Shown here: positions 49,701 to 60,990 of the stretch, one piece after another
How positions within the stretch are numbered: position 1 is the stretch's first letter
Layout of the letters: every line of letters begins with the position of its first letter
Assembly: GCA_030390025.1 (NCBI GenBank)
Contig: CM059431.1
Location: forward strand, 153,390,001 to 153,454,000
DNA length: 64,000 bases
From: Squalus acanthias
Taxonomy: Eukaryota
Direction of reading: 5' to 3'
The notes under the pieces: model-generated
The model's input: the letters and a program-made list of their open reading frames with translations, nothing else
Told to the model about the DNA's origin: nothing
Database searches by the model: none
Translations under genes and position numbers: made by a program

Positions 49701-50049
49701 CGTGAAACACCCTACAAAAATGCGTCTCTGATGGGGTGAATCTCTATTTAAAAGAGTTCCCTGATAACAAGGTGTCCCTGATGGTGATACTCCCTCTTTA
49801 AAAGGGGTCCCTGATGGAGACACACCCTCTTTAAAATGTGTCCCTGATGGTGACACTTTCTTTAAAAGTGTCCCTAATAGGAATAACCTTTTTACGATCG
49901 GTCCTTGATAGAAATACTTTCTCTTTAAAAGTGGTCGCTGAAGCTGAAACAACCTCTTTAAAAATGGTCCCTGATGGTGAGACTACCTCTTTAAAAAGGA
50001 CCCCTGCACGTGAAAATTCCTCTTTCAAAGGGGTCCCTGATGGTGAGAC
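46778..50049 (-). repeat. 33-bp satellite, minus orientation
   Basis: Same unit. The array ends at the LTR junction at 50049/50050. Confidence 0.95.
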
Positions 50050-50835
50050 TGAAATAATTATTACCAGTCCTAGCCCTTTTCTGGCTACCCCGGATCAGGC
50101 ATATTCCCCAGAAGTTCACCTTTAACTGAAGTTAGAGTTAGCTGAATCCTAATGACGCTTAATTTCTCTCCCGAAAGGAACGGAACGACCTGAAGATGTT
50201 ACCGTGCTCCAGATAGCACTTTTAATAAGTTTAGCTAGACTGTAACCTTCCGGTTATTATGAGGGTTCGGAAAACTCCTCCAGAATTCAGCAACTCATCA
50301 CCAAAGAGTGTACAGAGATTAATTATGCGAGTTTGATACAGAGGTACTATTTGAGACAATTCTAAAAAAACATAGATGTATTAAAGATTCGACATGTATT
50401 TACAGTTGTTGATTCAATCGTAACTTTAACAGTTCAAAATACAAAAAAACGTACAATTCTTATCAGAGATCCTTATTCTCAAATCTGAACTTCGTTACAT
50501 TTTTACATTTCTTACTTAGTCTTAGTCCAGAATATCCACCAAAATCAAATAAAAGGAACTTTGATCCCCGAGACTTAACGAGTTGAAAATTTTTACAGAG
50601 CTTCCCTCTGAAGTCTGAGAATCGCTTTGCCCCTTCCAGCGAATTCTGTCTTCCTATTTTTAAATACAATCTTTTATGCTCTTTCTCAGTGGTATATCCT
50701 TTGAAGTTTTCTGCTGATGTAAGCTAATTATTTCTAGTCATTCTCCTGTTGACCCCTGCTTTTCTTACAATTAGTTCAGCTTGTAGTTTGTAGAATAATG
50801 CCTGCTCTGTAAGTGTTCGAATCTTATCATAACAT
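50050..50835 (-). mobile_element. LTR (U5, R, part of U3), probable 3' LTR of the provirus at 57159-62743
   Basis: The + strand reads ggtg-AGAC|TGAAAT... It is colinear with 42569-43360, on the same strand as gag-pol, and cut off by CR1 sequence at about 50836. Confidence 0.85.
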
Positions 50836-51394
50836 TCCATTGGCATTCTTAATCACTTGCTGCAGCTGCATACTAACCTTTTGAGTTTCGTGCACCAGGA
50901 CCCCCAGATCCCTTTGTAGTTCAGTACTTTCAAGTTTCTTGCCATCAAGATAATAACTTTCTCTACTATTTTTCCTGCCAAAGTGCATAACCTCACACTT
51001 TCCAGTATTGTATTACATCTGCCAAATCTCTACCCACTTACTTAGCCTGTCTATGTCCCCTTGCAGATATTTTATGTCCTCCTCACTCACTACTTTCCCT
51101 CCGATCTTAGTATCAACTGCAAACTTTGATATGTTGCACTCGGTCACCTCCTCCAAATCGTTAATATAGATTGTAAAGAGTTGGGGACCCAACACTGACC
51201 CCTGCGGAACACCACTAGTTACTGATTGCCAGTCTGAGAATGAGCAATTTATCCCAACTCTCTGCCTTCTGTTAAATAGCCAATCCTCTATCCATGCCAG
51301 AATATTACCCCCAATCCCGTAATTTTTTATCTTAAGCAATAAACTTTTGTGTGGCACCTTGTCAAATGCCTTTTGGAAGTCTAAATACACCACA

Positions 51395-52442
51395 TGGCAG
51401 GCAGTAACAAGTGGGGTACCACAGGGATCTGTCCTGGGTCCCCAGCTGTTCACAATTTACATTAATGACCTGGATCAGGGAGTCGGATGCAGCATTTCCA
51501 AATTTGCAGACGACACTAAACTAGGAGGGGGGGTGGGCTCAGAGGAGGAGACCAGGAAGCTCCAGAGCGATTTGGACAGACTGGGTGATTGGGCGGATAA
51601 ATGGCAGATGCACTATAATGTGGACAAGTGCGAAGTTATCCACCTTGGGTGCAGGAACGGGAGGGCAAATTATTATTTAAATGGCAATAAAGTGGGAGAG
51701 GGGGAAGTACAGAGAGACCTGGGTGTTCTTGTACACCAGTCACTGAAGGCGAGCATGCAGGTGCAACAGGCGATCAAGAAGGCAAATGGTATGCTGGCCT
51801 TCATAGCAAAAGGGTTGGAATACAGGAACAGGGATACCTTGCTGCAGCTGTACAGGGCACTGGTGAGACCACACCTCGAGTACTGTGTACAGTTTTGGTC
51901 GCCTCATCTGAGGAAAGATGTTCTTGCCATGGAGGGGGTGCAGCGGCGATTCACCAGGCTGATACCAGGAATGGCGGGATTGACCTATGAGGAGAGACTA
52001 TGTAGTTTAGGGATGTACACACTGGAGTTTAGAAGATTGAGAGGGGACCTCATAGAAGTGTATAAAATTCTGACAGGTCGAGACAGACTAGATGCAGAAG
52101 GAATGTTTCCCTTGGTGGGTGAGAACAGAACTAGAGGACATAATTTAAGGATAAGGGCTAAACCATTTAGGACAGAAATGAGGGGGAATTTCTTCACTCA
52201 GAGGGTGGTGAACCTGTGGAACTCATTGCCACAGAGGGCAGTGTACGCCAGCTCATTAAATATATTTAAGAGGGAATTAGATATATTTCTACAGGCAAAA
52301 GGGGTTAAGGGTTACGGAGAGAAGGCGGGGACGGGATACTGAATTGGAGGATCAGCCATGATCTCATTAAATGGCGGAGCAGGCTCGAAGGGCCGGATGG
52401 CCTACTCCTGCTCCTATCTTCTATGTATCTATGTATCTATGT
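51395..52442 (+). mobile_element. CR1 LINE 3' fragment nested in the minus-strand CR1
   Basis: Uninterrupted RT C-terminal frame to 52342, a 3'UTR and a (CTATGTAT)n tail. Host sequence TACACCACAT|CCACTGC rejoins across it with ACAT on both sides. Confidence 0.93.
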
Positions 52443-53995
52443 ACATCCACTGCTTCACCCTTATCCACCCTGTATGTTACTTCCTCAAAGAACTCCAGCA
52501 AATTTGTCAAACATGACTTCCCGTTCATAAAACCATGGTGACTTTGTCTTATTAAATTATGATTATCCAAATGTCCCGTTACTGTCTCCTTAATAATAGA
52601 CTCCAAAATTTTACCTACCACAGATGTTAAGCTAACCGGTCTATAGTTTCCAGCGATCTGTCTACTGCCTTTTTTAAATAAGGGTCTTACATTAGCAGTT
52701 TTCCAGTCTGCCGTGATCTTTGCTAATCCAGGGAGTTTTGGAAAATGATTTCCAATGAATCCACAGTCCCTACCGCCACTTCCCTCAAGACCCTAGGATG
52801 TTAACCATTAGGTCCAGGTGTTTTATCCGCCTTGAGTCCCATTATTTTACCGAGTACCACTTCATTTGTGATTTTGATCGTGTTTAGCTCCTCCCCCCAT
52901 ATAGCCCCTTTTTGTCCAGTGTTGGGATATTCTTAGTGTCCTCTACTGTAAAGACTGATACAAAATATTGATTCAGTGTTTTTGCCATCTCCATATTTCC
53001 GACCATTAATTTCCCGGTCTCATCCTCTAAGGGACCAACATTTACTTTAGCCACCCTTTTTCTTTTTATATAACTATAAAAACTCTTACTATCTGTTTTT
53101 ATATTTTTTGCTAATTTACTTTAATAATCTATCTTTCCTTTGTTAATCAATCTTTTTTTATTTTTTGCTGTCTTTTAAAGTTTTCCCAATCCTCTATCCT
53201 CCCACTAGATTTGCCTACCTTAATAGCCCTTGATTTTGGTCCAATACTAATTTTAATTTCTTTACTTAGCCACGGATGACTGTCTTTTCTTTTACACCCT
53301 TTTCTTCATAGTGGAATATATTTTTTTGGAAGTTGTGAAATAACTCCTTAAATGTACACCACTGATCATGTATCGTCTTACCCTTTAATTTATTTTCCCA
53401 ATCCACTCTACTCAATTCCGCTCGCATACCTTCATAGTCTCCTTTATTCAAGCTTAGCACGCTTGTTTGAGATCCAACCTTCTCACCCTCTAATTGAATA
53501 TGGAATTCAACCATGTTATGGTCACTCATTCCAAGGGGATCCTTTACTACCATTTTTAATTAATCCTGTCTCGTTACACAGGACCAGTTCTAAGGTTGCT
53601 TGCCCACTGGTCGGTTCAATAACATACTGCTCAAGAAACCCATCCCTAATACACTCAATCAACTCATCCTCAAGGCAGCCCTGCCCAATCTGATTTGTCC
53701 AATTACATGATAGTTAAAATCCACCATAATTATAGATGTTCCCTTATTACAAGCCTCAACTATTTCCTGATTGATACTCCGTCCAACAGAGGTGCAACTG
53801 TTCGGAGGCCTATAGTCTACCCCCACTAGTGTTTTTTTCCCCCTTATTATTCCTTATCTCCACCCAAAATGTTTCATTATCCTGATCTTTTAACCCATAT
53901 CATGTCTCTGTATTACGGTGATTACTTCCTTTATTAACATAGCCACCCCACCTCCCATTCCTTCAGTGCCTGTCCTTCCTGATTGTTAAATAACC

Positions 53996-54172
53996 TTGAG
54001 AAGTCGCACAACACCAGGTTATAGTCCAACAGTTTTATTTGAAATCACAAGCTTGAAGGAGCAGTAACTCCGAAAGCTTGTGATTTCAAATAAATCTGTT
54101 GGACTATAACCTGGTGTTGTGCGACTTCTCAATTTTGTCCACCCCAGTCCAACACCGGCATCTCCGCATCAT
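53996..54172. mobile_element. Short Penelope-like pseudo-LTR hairpin, same family as 62744-64000
   Basis: Inverted arms TTGAGAAGTCGCACAACACCAGG ... CCTGGTGTTGTGCGACTTCTCAA. The tail is identical to 63535-63575 and ends at the ORF ATG. It is flanked by TGTTA(A/T)ATAACCT. Confidence 0.85.
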
Positions 54173-55002
54173 GTTATATAACCTGGTATGTTTAATTCCG
54201 AGGCATTGTCACCCTGCAGCCATGTTTCTGTAATGCCCACAAATCATACCCATAAGTAGTTATTTGTGCCATTAACTCGTCTATTTTGTTATGAATGCTA
54301 CGTGCATTCAGATAGAGAACTTTCAAATATGTTTTTTGACACTTATGTTCCTGCTTTTGCCCTTTTTATTACTTTACCTTTTACTCCATACCTTCTGCCC
54401 CTTCCTGACACACTCTGGTTTTTAATTTCCCCACTGCTACCTAAGTCTATGACCTTCTCTATTTTCATTTTTATTATTTGCTCTCCAGGAACCTCCCCCC
54501 CACCCCCCACTAGATAGTTTAAGGCCCTCTCTACAGCCCTAGTTATCTGATCCGCCAGCTCTCCAGTCCCAGCACTGGCCAAGTGAAGCCCGTCCCAATG
54601 GAACAGCACCCTCCAGCCCCAACACTGGTGCCAGTGTCCTAGGAAGCAAAACCCATTTCTACCACACCAGACTTTATCCACTCATTTAACTCTCTAATTT
54701 TATTTGTCCTAGCCAAATTCGCTCGTGGCTCAGGTAATAATCCAGAGATTATTACCCTTGAGGTTCTGTTTTTTTTTTAATTTGACCCCTAGCTGCTCAT
54801 ACCCCTTTAACAGAACCGGCTTCCTTGTCCTATCGATGTCGTTTGTACCAACATGGACCACGACAACTGGATCCACCCCCTCCCAGTGCAAGTGTCTTTC
54901 CAGCCCAGATGAGTTGTCCTTAACCCTGCCACCGGGCAGGCAACACAGCCTAAGGGACTCTAACACTCGGCTGCAGATAACTCTATCTATTCCCCTAATA
55001 AT

Positions 55003-56098
55003 TGGAGGAAGGGACCAAGTGTAACATATCAAAATTTGCAGATGATACAAAGATGGAAGGGAAAGTAGTGAGTGAGGAGGACATAAAAAACCTGCAAGGG
55101 GACATAGAAAGGCTAAGTAAGTGGGCAGAGATTTGGCAGATGGAATACAACACTGGAAAGTGTGAGGTGATGCACTTTGGCAGGAAAAATCCTAGAGCAA
55201 TTTATTATCTTAATGGCAAGAAACTGGAGAGTACTGAAGTGCAAAGCGATCTGGGGGTCCTGGTGCACGAAACTCAAAAGGTTAGTATGCAGGTGCAGCA
55301 AGTGATTAAGAAGGCAAATGGAATGTTGGCTTTCATTGCTAGGGGGATAGAATATAAAAATAGGGAGGTATTGCTTCAGTTGTACAAGGTATTGATGAGA
55401 CCGCACCTGGAATACTGCATACAGTTTTGGTGTCCTTACTTAAGGAAATACATCCTTACTCTCGAGGCAGTGCAAAAAATGTTCACTCGGTTAATCCCGG
55501 GGATGAGGGGGTGGTCATATGAGGAGAGGTTGTGTAGATTGGGACTCTACTCATTGGAGTTCAGAAGAATGAGAGGCGATCTTATTGAAACATATAAGAT
55601 TGTGAAGGGGTTGGATCGGGTGGATGCGGGGAGGATGTTCCCGATGACGGGTGAAACTAGAACTAGGGGACATAGTCTTAGAATAAGGGGCTGCTCTTTT
55701 AAAACTGAGATGAGGAGGAACTACTTCACTCAGAGGGTGGTAGGTCCATGGAATATGCTGCCACAAAAAGCTGTAGAAGCTACATCATTAAATAAATTTA
55801 AAACAGAAATAGAAAGTTTCCTAGAAGTAAAGGGCATTAAGGGTTACGGGGAGCGGGCAGGAATTTGGACATGAGTCTTTGTTCGGATCGGTCATGGCCC
55901 TGTGGGTAATGGAGCGGGCCCAGGGACCGTGTAGCCTGATTCTGCTCCTATTTCGTGTGTGCAATTCTGTTAGATGCAGGAGATGGTTCTGTGATAGTAG
56001 ATTGGCGGTTAGGATCAGATCAGCAATGATCTTATTGAATGGCGGAGCAGGCTCGAGGGGCCGATTGGCCTACTCCTGCTCCTATTTCTTATGTTCTT
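55003..56098 (+). mobile_element. CR1 LINE 3' fragment nested in ORF1 of the minus-strand CR1
   Basis: Open RT C-terminal frame to 55874, a 3'UTR and tail TTCTTATGTTCTT. ATAAT occurs on both sides (54998-55002, 56099-56103). Confidence 0.92.
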
Positions 56099-57489
56099 AT
56101 AATACTATCCCCTACCACTACAACATTTCTATTTACTCCCCCCTCTTTAATGGCCCCCCTTTCCACGGTGCTGTGGCCAGGTTGCTTATCCTCCCTGCAG
56201 TCCCTGCTCCTGTCCCCACAGGGAGTAAGAACCTCGAACCTGTTGGACTACAGCAAGGGCTGAGGCTCCTCCAACACTACCTCCTGGATCCCCGTACCTG
56301 CCTCACACGTCGTCACACCGTCCTGTCCCTGACCATGGGCTACATCTGAATTAATTAACTTCATAGGTGTGACCACCTCCTGAAACACAGAGTCCAGGTA
56401 CTTCTCCCCATCACTGATGTGTCGCAGTGTCTGAAGCTCAGACTCCAGCTCATCAACACGGAGCTGGAGTTCCTGTAGCAGCAGACACTTATCACAAATG
56501 TAATCACCGTGAGCCTCAATGGGGTCCACCGGCTCCCACATCTCGCAACAGTAAGACATCACCTGCTCCATCCTATGTAATTAATTAATTTGTTTTATTG
56601 TTAGATTTGGACACTCTCTGCCCGATTATAGATGGTAGTACCCCTCTAATTAATTGGATTTAAATTAAATCAATCCCTCTAAATTACACCAGTTAAATTG
56701 TTTACCAACAGTCACTCTGCACCAGAAAAGCTTTATTAACTACAACCCACAGAGTTAAAGTTTGAAAAGAGCAACCTACACCCCACTCACCCGAACTTAC
56801 AATTACCCAAACTCAGCACTCTCTGCTGACTCGCACTCAGTGCTTGCTCGCACTAGCACTGGTCTTTTTATACTGTGTGTTTGTTTACAGCCAAATGAGT
56901 CACCCCTGCTGGTTGATTAGAAAACTGTTTTCCACTGCCTGCTGTGCCAATGTACATCTACAGCAGTGTAAACTTGTTTTACTCTTCTTAAATCAACATA
57001 ATCCCAAATATTTAACTGTTACCCTTCACTTAAACTGCTTAAGTACTCTTATCAAGACTGATTTAAAGAGAACTAACAATTAAAGAACTCTCACACTTAC
57101 CCAAACTCAGCACTCTCTGCTGACTCGCACTCAGTGCTTGCTCGCACTAGCACTGGTCACACACTGTTCCTTCGATCCGGTGTGTGTACTGATTCTTGTT
57201 TTCATAAAGGTCTTGCCAGGCACTCAGTTGATTCCATCTTTCTCCACGATGTCTTCCTTCTTCGTTGAAGCAACTCTTTAATCTTTCCTTGTTTCAGTTG
57301 TTGCTTTTCGCAAATCCAAATCCTGAGGCTTTGCCAAGCATCATGTGGAGGAGTCGGCGACTCCGTCTGACTGAGTTTCATCAGTAGTTCGATCGCATCC
57401 ATTTCCTTTGTCATGCTCCAAGCTGGGTCTTGAAAGACAGTGTACGACTGCACCTTGTATTATTCCTCCATTTCGGTATCCCGCAGGAC

Positions 57490-60400
57490 ATCTTTTGAGA
57501 TTGTCTATGGAGACAGTTTTAAGAATATGCTTGCCATTCGGTTAATTAATATGTATTTGAACTGTTCTTTCGTTAATAACAGAATGTATTTGAACAGGTT
57601 TTTTCCACTTCGGTCTTAAACTAGGTTTTTGCTCGAACCTCTTTTCCTGTACCCATTCTCCTACTAGGGGTTTCCATGCTTTGTTTGTCAATCGTTTCTG
57701 TTTTTTTGCTTCCCTTATCATCTGATCAATTTGATGAATCTCCTCTTTTACTTCTTTTTTTAATTCTAATTGTCGCTGTCGGGTCAAGGACTCAGAGAGT
57801 GCAGAGGCAATAAAATAACAAGGGGTAAGTGTTGTATTCATCTCAACTCCACACATCAGATAATCTGATGCAGATGCGGGCAGATTATTAAGTGATAGCT
57901 GCACCTCCGGAATAACGGTGGTCCACTTATTTCCCCTGAATCTCAACAGTTTGACCAATAGCTGTTTTACTTTCTGGTTTTCCGTTCCACCAGCCCCTCT
58001 GGTAGCGGATGACGTGGCGTGCATGTGCTCTAACCCAATCCCCCTTTGTTTGCAGTAGTCTTCGAAGACCTTGGAGACAAAGGCTCTGCCTTGATCGGAG
58101 TGTAAGATTTTGGGTGCACCAGCTTAAGTAATTATGTTAGAAATAGCCTTAGCTAGTGCGTTTTCTGAAACAATTTTTGTGGGGACCAGCCAGCAGAAGA
58201 AAGTGCATCCACCTACACAAACGAGAACATGTCTGTATCCCAAAGACGGGGGAAGTGGTCCAATAAAGTCAATAAAGCATGTTCCCCATTGACTCATCAG
58301 CTTTCACAGGAGCCAATGGTGGTGGCTTAATTGGTGATGAATTATTAGTTAACCAGCATGGCTCACAATTTGCCACGTATGTTTTACAGGCATTAAGCAT
58401 GCTTGGCCACCAATATAAGGAGGTAAATTTGCAGAATGTTGTTCTGGCACCACAATGTGCTTGACTTATGTCCTCTTGAGCTCCTTTTACAAGCTGTTCT
58501 CGTTTGTGTCTCGGGGGTAACCCTCGGTTTCCCTTGGGCAAATTAGCTAGCACAATACCCGCACGGGTTCCGAGTAAAAGTATTTGGTGGATATCCTGGT
58601 GGTTTCTCTCTTGTTGGGTCTAATATCTGAATCAGTTCCTCATCCTGATTAGCTGCCCGTTCTGCACCAGTGATAACATTAATATTGGCAGGCCCCTCTC
58701 GAGGGGATGTCAAGCAGACTAAAGGTTTCGGTTGTTCGTCTGCAACACTGTTTCCTTTTGTGAGTACTGTCCCAGTGGAATGCCCGTTCACATGAATCAC
58801 CTGACAATTCTGTTTCTCCATTCTCGAAAGGAAAATGTCTTCCCACATTGACTTAAGTTTTATGGGTTTACACTTATGATTGGTAAAATGTGTTTGTTCC
58901 CAGAAAACTAGATCTTTGTTATCTCCTCTGTTATGGTAGTCACTATCCATACAGATTCGTGTGGGTTTAATAAAGTCTGCCTTTTCTAAAGCATACCGTA
59001 GTGCTGCAGCTTCATCATACTGCGCTGTCTTATGGCCAAAGGGTATGGACAGTAATTCTTCTGTATAAAAAGAATAGGAATCTCGAAAGGTCCCTACTTC
59101 TATCTCCATCCCAGCTGAGGATTGTTGGGATGTCCCTTGTTTAATCGTCATTAACGATCCATCACAGTAAATGACTTGATGGTATTATGTAAGCGGTCTC
59201 ATAGGTATTTGTCTCATTCGCTGCCCCGTATCCTCATTCTCCATGATGGCGATAAGCTCTGTCCATTTCCGGGGAGTGGAATTTAATGATGAGTGTTGGA
59301 TCATTCAAGTAAGCTTTCCCATTTATCATATCAGATCTGGGTGGCTCTTTTTTCATCAGAGGCCATCCTCAATACTGAACTTAAATCGGTAATTTCAGTA
59401 GAGATGGTAATGGGGTATTTCCCAGAAGGGTTCGTGCCTTGATGAGGCATTGGACTACCATAGTCATGAACCTTTCTTTTTTAATGTACCTCCTTTCGAC
59501 ATTGAAAAAGTTATACAAATGGAACTGAATGGGCACTATGTTCTTTTCATTATAGAAAACTGCAACTGCCATTTTAGGTAATGACCTGAGATGAATATTG
59601 AGGGGAACTTGTAGGACCATCTGCTCCACGTCTATGGCTTTTCGTACCTCTCGGCATAATTGTTGCAATTTTGTGTAATCCTCTGGTGAAAATATGAATG
59701 GTCCTTTTATGCTTCGCCCACTCTAGCATACAGGGTTGCTGAGAGCTCGGCAAAGGTTGGCGTAACGGATCGAGCAAAATTCAGGAGTCCTAAACTTGCT
59801 TGCAGATTTTTCAGAATTTTAGGATATTGAATGGTGAATAATTTTTATTTATAGGATTGAGTTAATCCTCTACCGAATCCAGTTATTCGCAGGCACTGAA
59901 AATCTACCTCTTCCCTAACTAGTTGACTCTTTTTTATGTTGATTAATTACCCAGCAGTTGTAAGTCTGGATAAAAAACTATCAATGGCTTTCAAGTGCTC
60001 TTGGAGATTGTCATGTGACAGAGATATATCGTCCACATAAGAATTGACGTTAGGTAGGTATTTTAAATGGTCTATTTTGTGGACTGAAAAGAGAACGGGG
60101 CTGTTTTGAAATTCCTGGGACAATCTGGCCCAGCAGTACTGATAATCATTGGGTCCAGTCATCGCTGTTTTTGGCCAATCAGTTTTTTCGATTGGATGTG
60201 ACCAGAAGCCGTTTGCAGGACCAATACAAGATTTATATTTTTCCCTCGTGATTCCAGAGAGAAGGGCTGTGGAATTTAGCTGTTGTGCAGTATGTGGGGC
60301 TGTTATCTTATTTAAGGCTGTATAATCGACTAATAATCTCCAACTCCCATCTGGTTTAGAAACACCAAACAATGGTGAATTAGTTCTAGATGCCATTTTG

Positions 60401-60990
60401 ATTAAGACACCTTATTCTGTTAGTTCTTTGAGCGTTGTTAGAAGATCTATTTTTCCTTTGTGGTCCTGAATAGGCACTGTTTTTTAGGTTTGTTCCAGCC
60501 AGCATCAAGTGGGTGTGGTTTGATGTTTATCTTTCCACGTTGATTTGGATGTCGTTGTAGATAAGGGTAGAATCTATTAATGAGTTGCTCGAGGTCTTTG
60601 CCTCCCCCCTCTAGGCAAATTCGATTAAGCTGTGTCCGAACATGTTTTTCCCTGTTATCCTGGTCTGCGGATGCTTCTACAGATCTGGTTGAAATTTTAA
60701 GGTAATGTTTCATGTCTGGTTGTCCTATAATGAGGGAACCGGACAATTGTGGCATCGGTCGGACATCGAGGGTCACCGTGATTCCATATATGGTAATAGG
60801 TATTTTGTAACAATTAATAATTTTGGTTTGGTCTTGTGTGAATCCCCCTAATGGTATTTTACAAATTGGGCTTCCCAAATCTGTGCTGTTAGATTTTATA
60901 ATTGCAGGATCTATTACAGTGTAATCAGCTCCCGTATCAAACAGGGCCTTCACTTGTGTGTTTGTGGTTAAGTTTGCCAGGGCATAGGGG
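57490..60990 (-). pseudogene. pol: Foamy-like pol (PR-RT-RNase H-IN)
   Basis: PR: ALFDTGADYTVI. RT: KPDGSWRLLVDY...ANGFWSHPI...QYCWARLSQEFQNSP...YVDDISLSHD. RNase H: YCDGS...IPFGHKTAQYDE...MDSDY...GNSVAD. IN: AHCG...YWWPSM...CEPC, FIDFIGPLPPSLGY, LHSDQGRAF, WKPLVGEWVQE...SLRPKWKKP, TVSIDNLK. Confidence 0.93.

Larger units (their letters stand above)
50836..57158 (-). mobile_element. CR1 LINE with intact-looking 5' end (5'UTR, ORF1, ORF2 EN/RT), 3' end lost, three nested insertions
   Basis: ORF1 starts at 56571 (CCEMWE...YICDKC zinc finger, LQELQLRVDELESELQTL zipper). Esterase motifs are VVGDSIIRGID (split by an insertion) and HVGTNDI. EN motif LGMSDHN; RT motifs HGFMNGKSCLTNLLEFFE, YLDFQKAFDKVPH and GVPQGSVLGP. 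Confidence 0.9.

Noticed and set aside
2233..50125. Dozens of 60-160 aa ORFs with 11-aa periodicity (PDGETPSLKGV, SGTPFKEGVSP, HHQGPLLKRES)
   Set aside because: They are a by-product of a 33-bp unit that is a multiple of three. They occur in several frames on both strands with frequent stops and no gene structure.
51013..52342. Overlapping ORFs 51013-51453 (-) and 51347-52342 (+) as single proteins
   Set aside because: Both cross the junction between two opposite-strand CR1 copies at about 51395, so their N-termini are antisense sequence.
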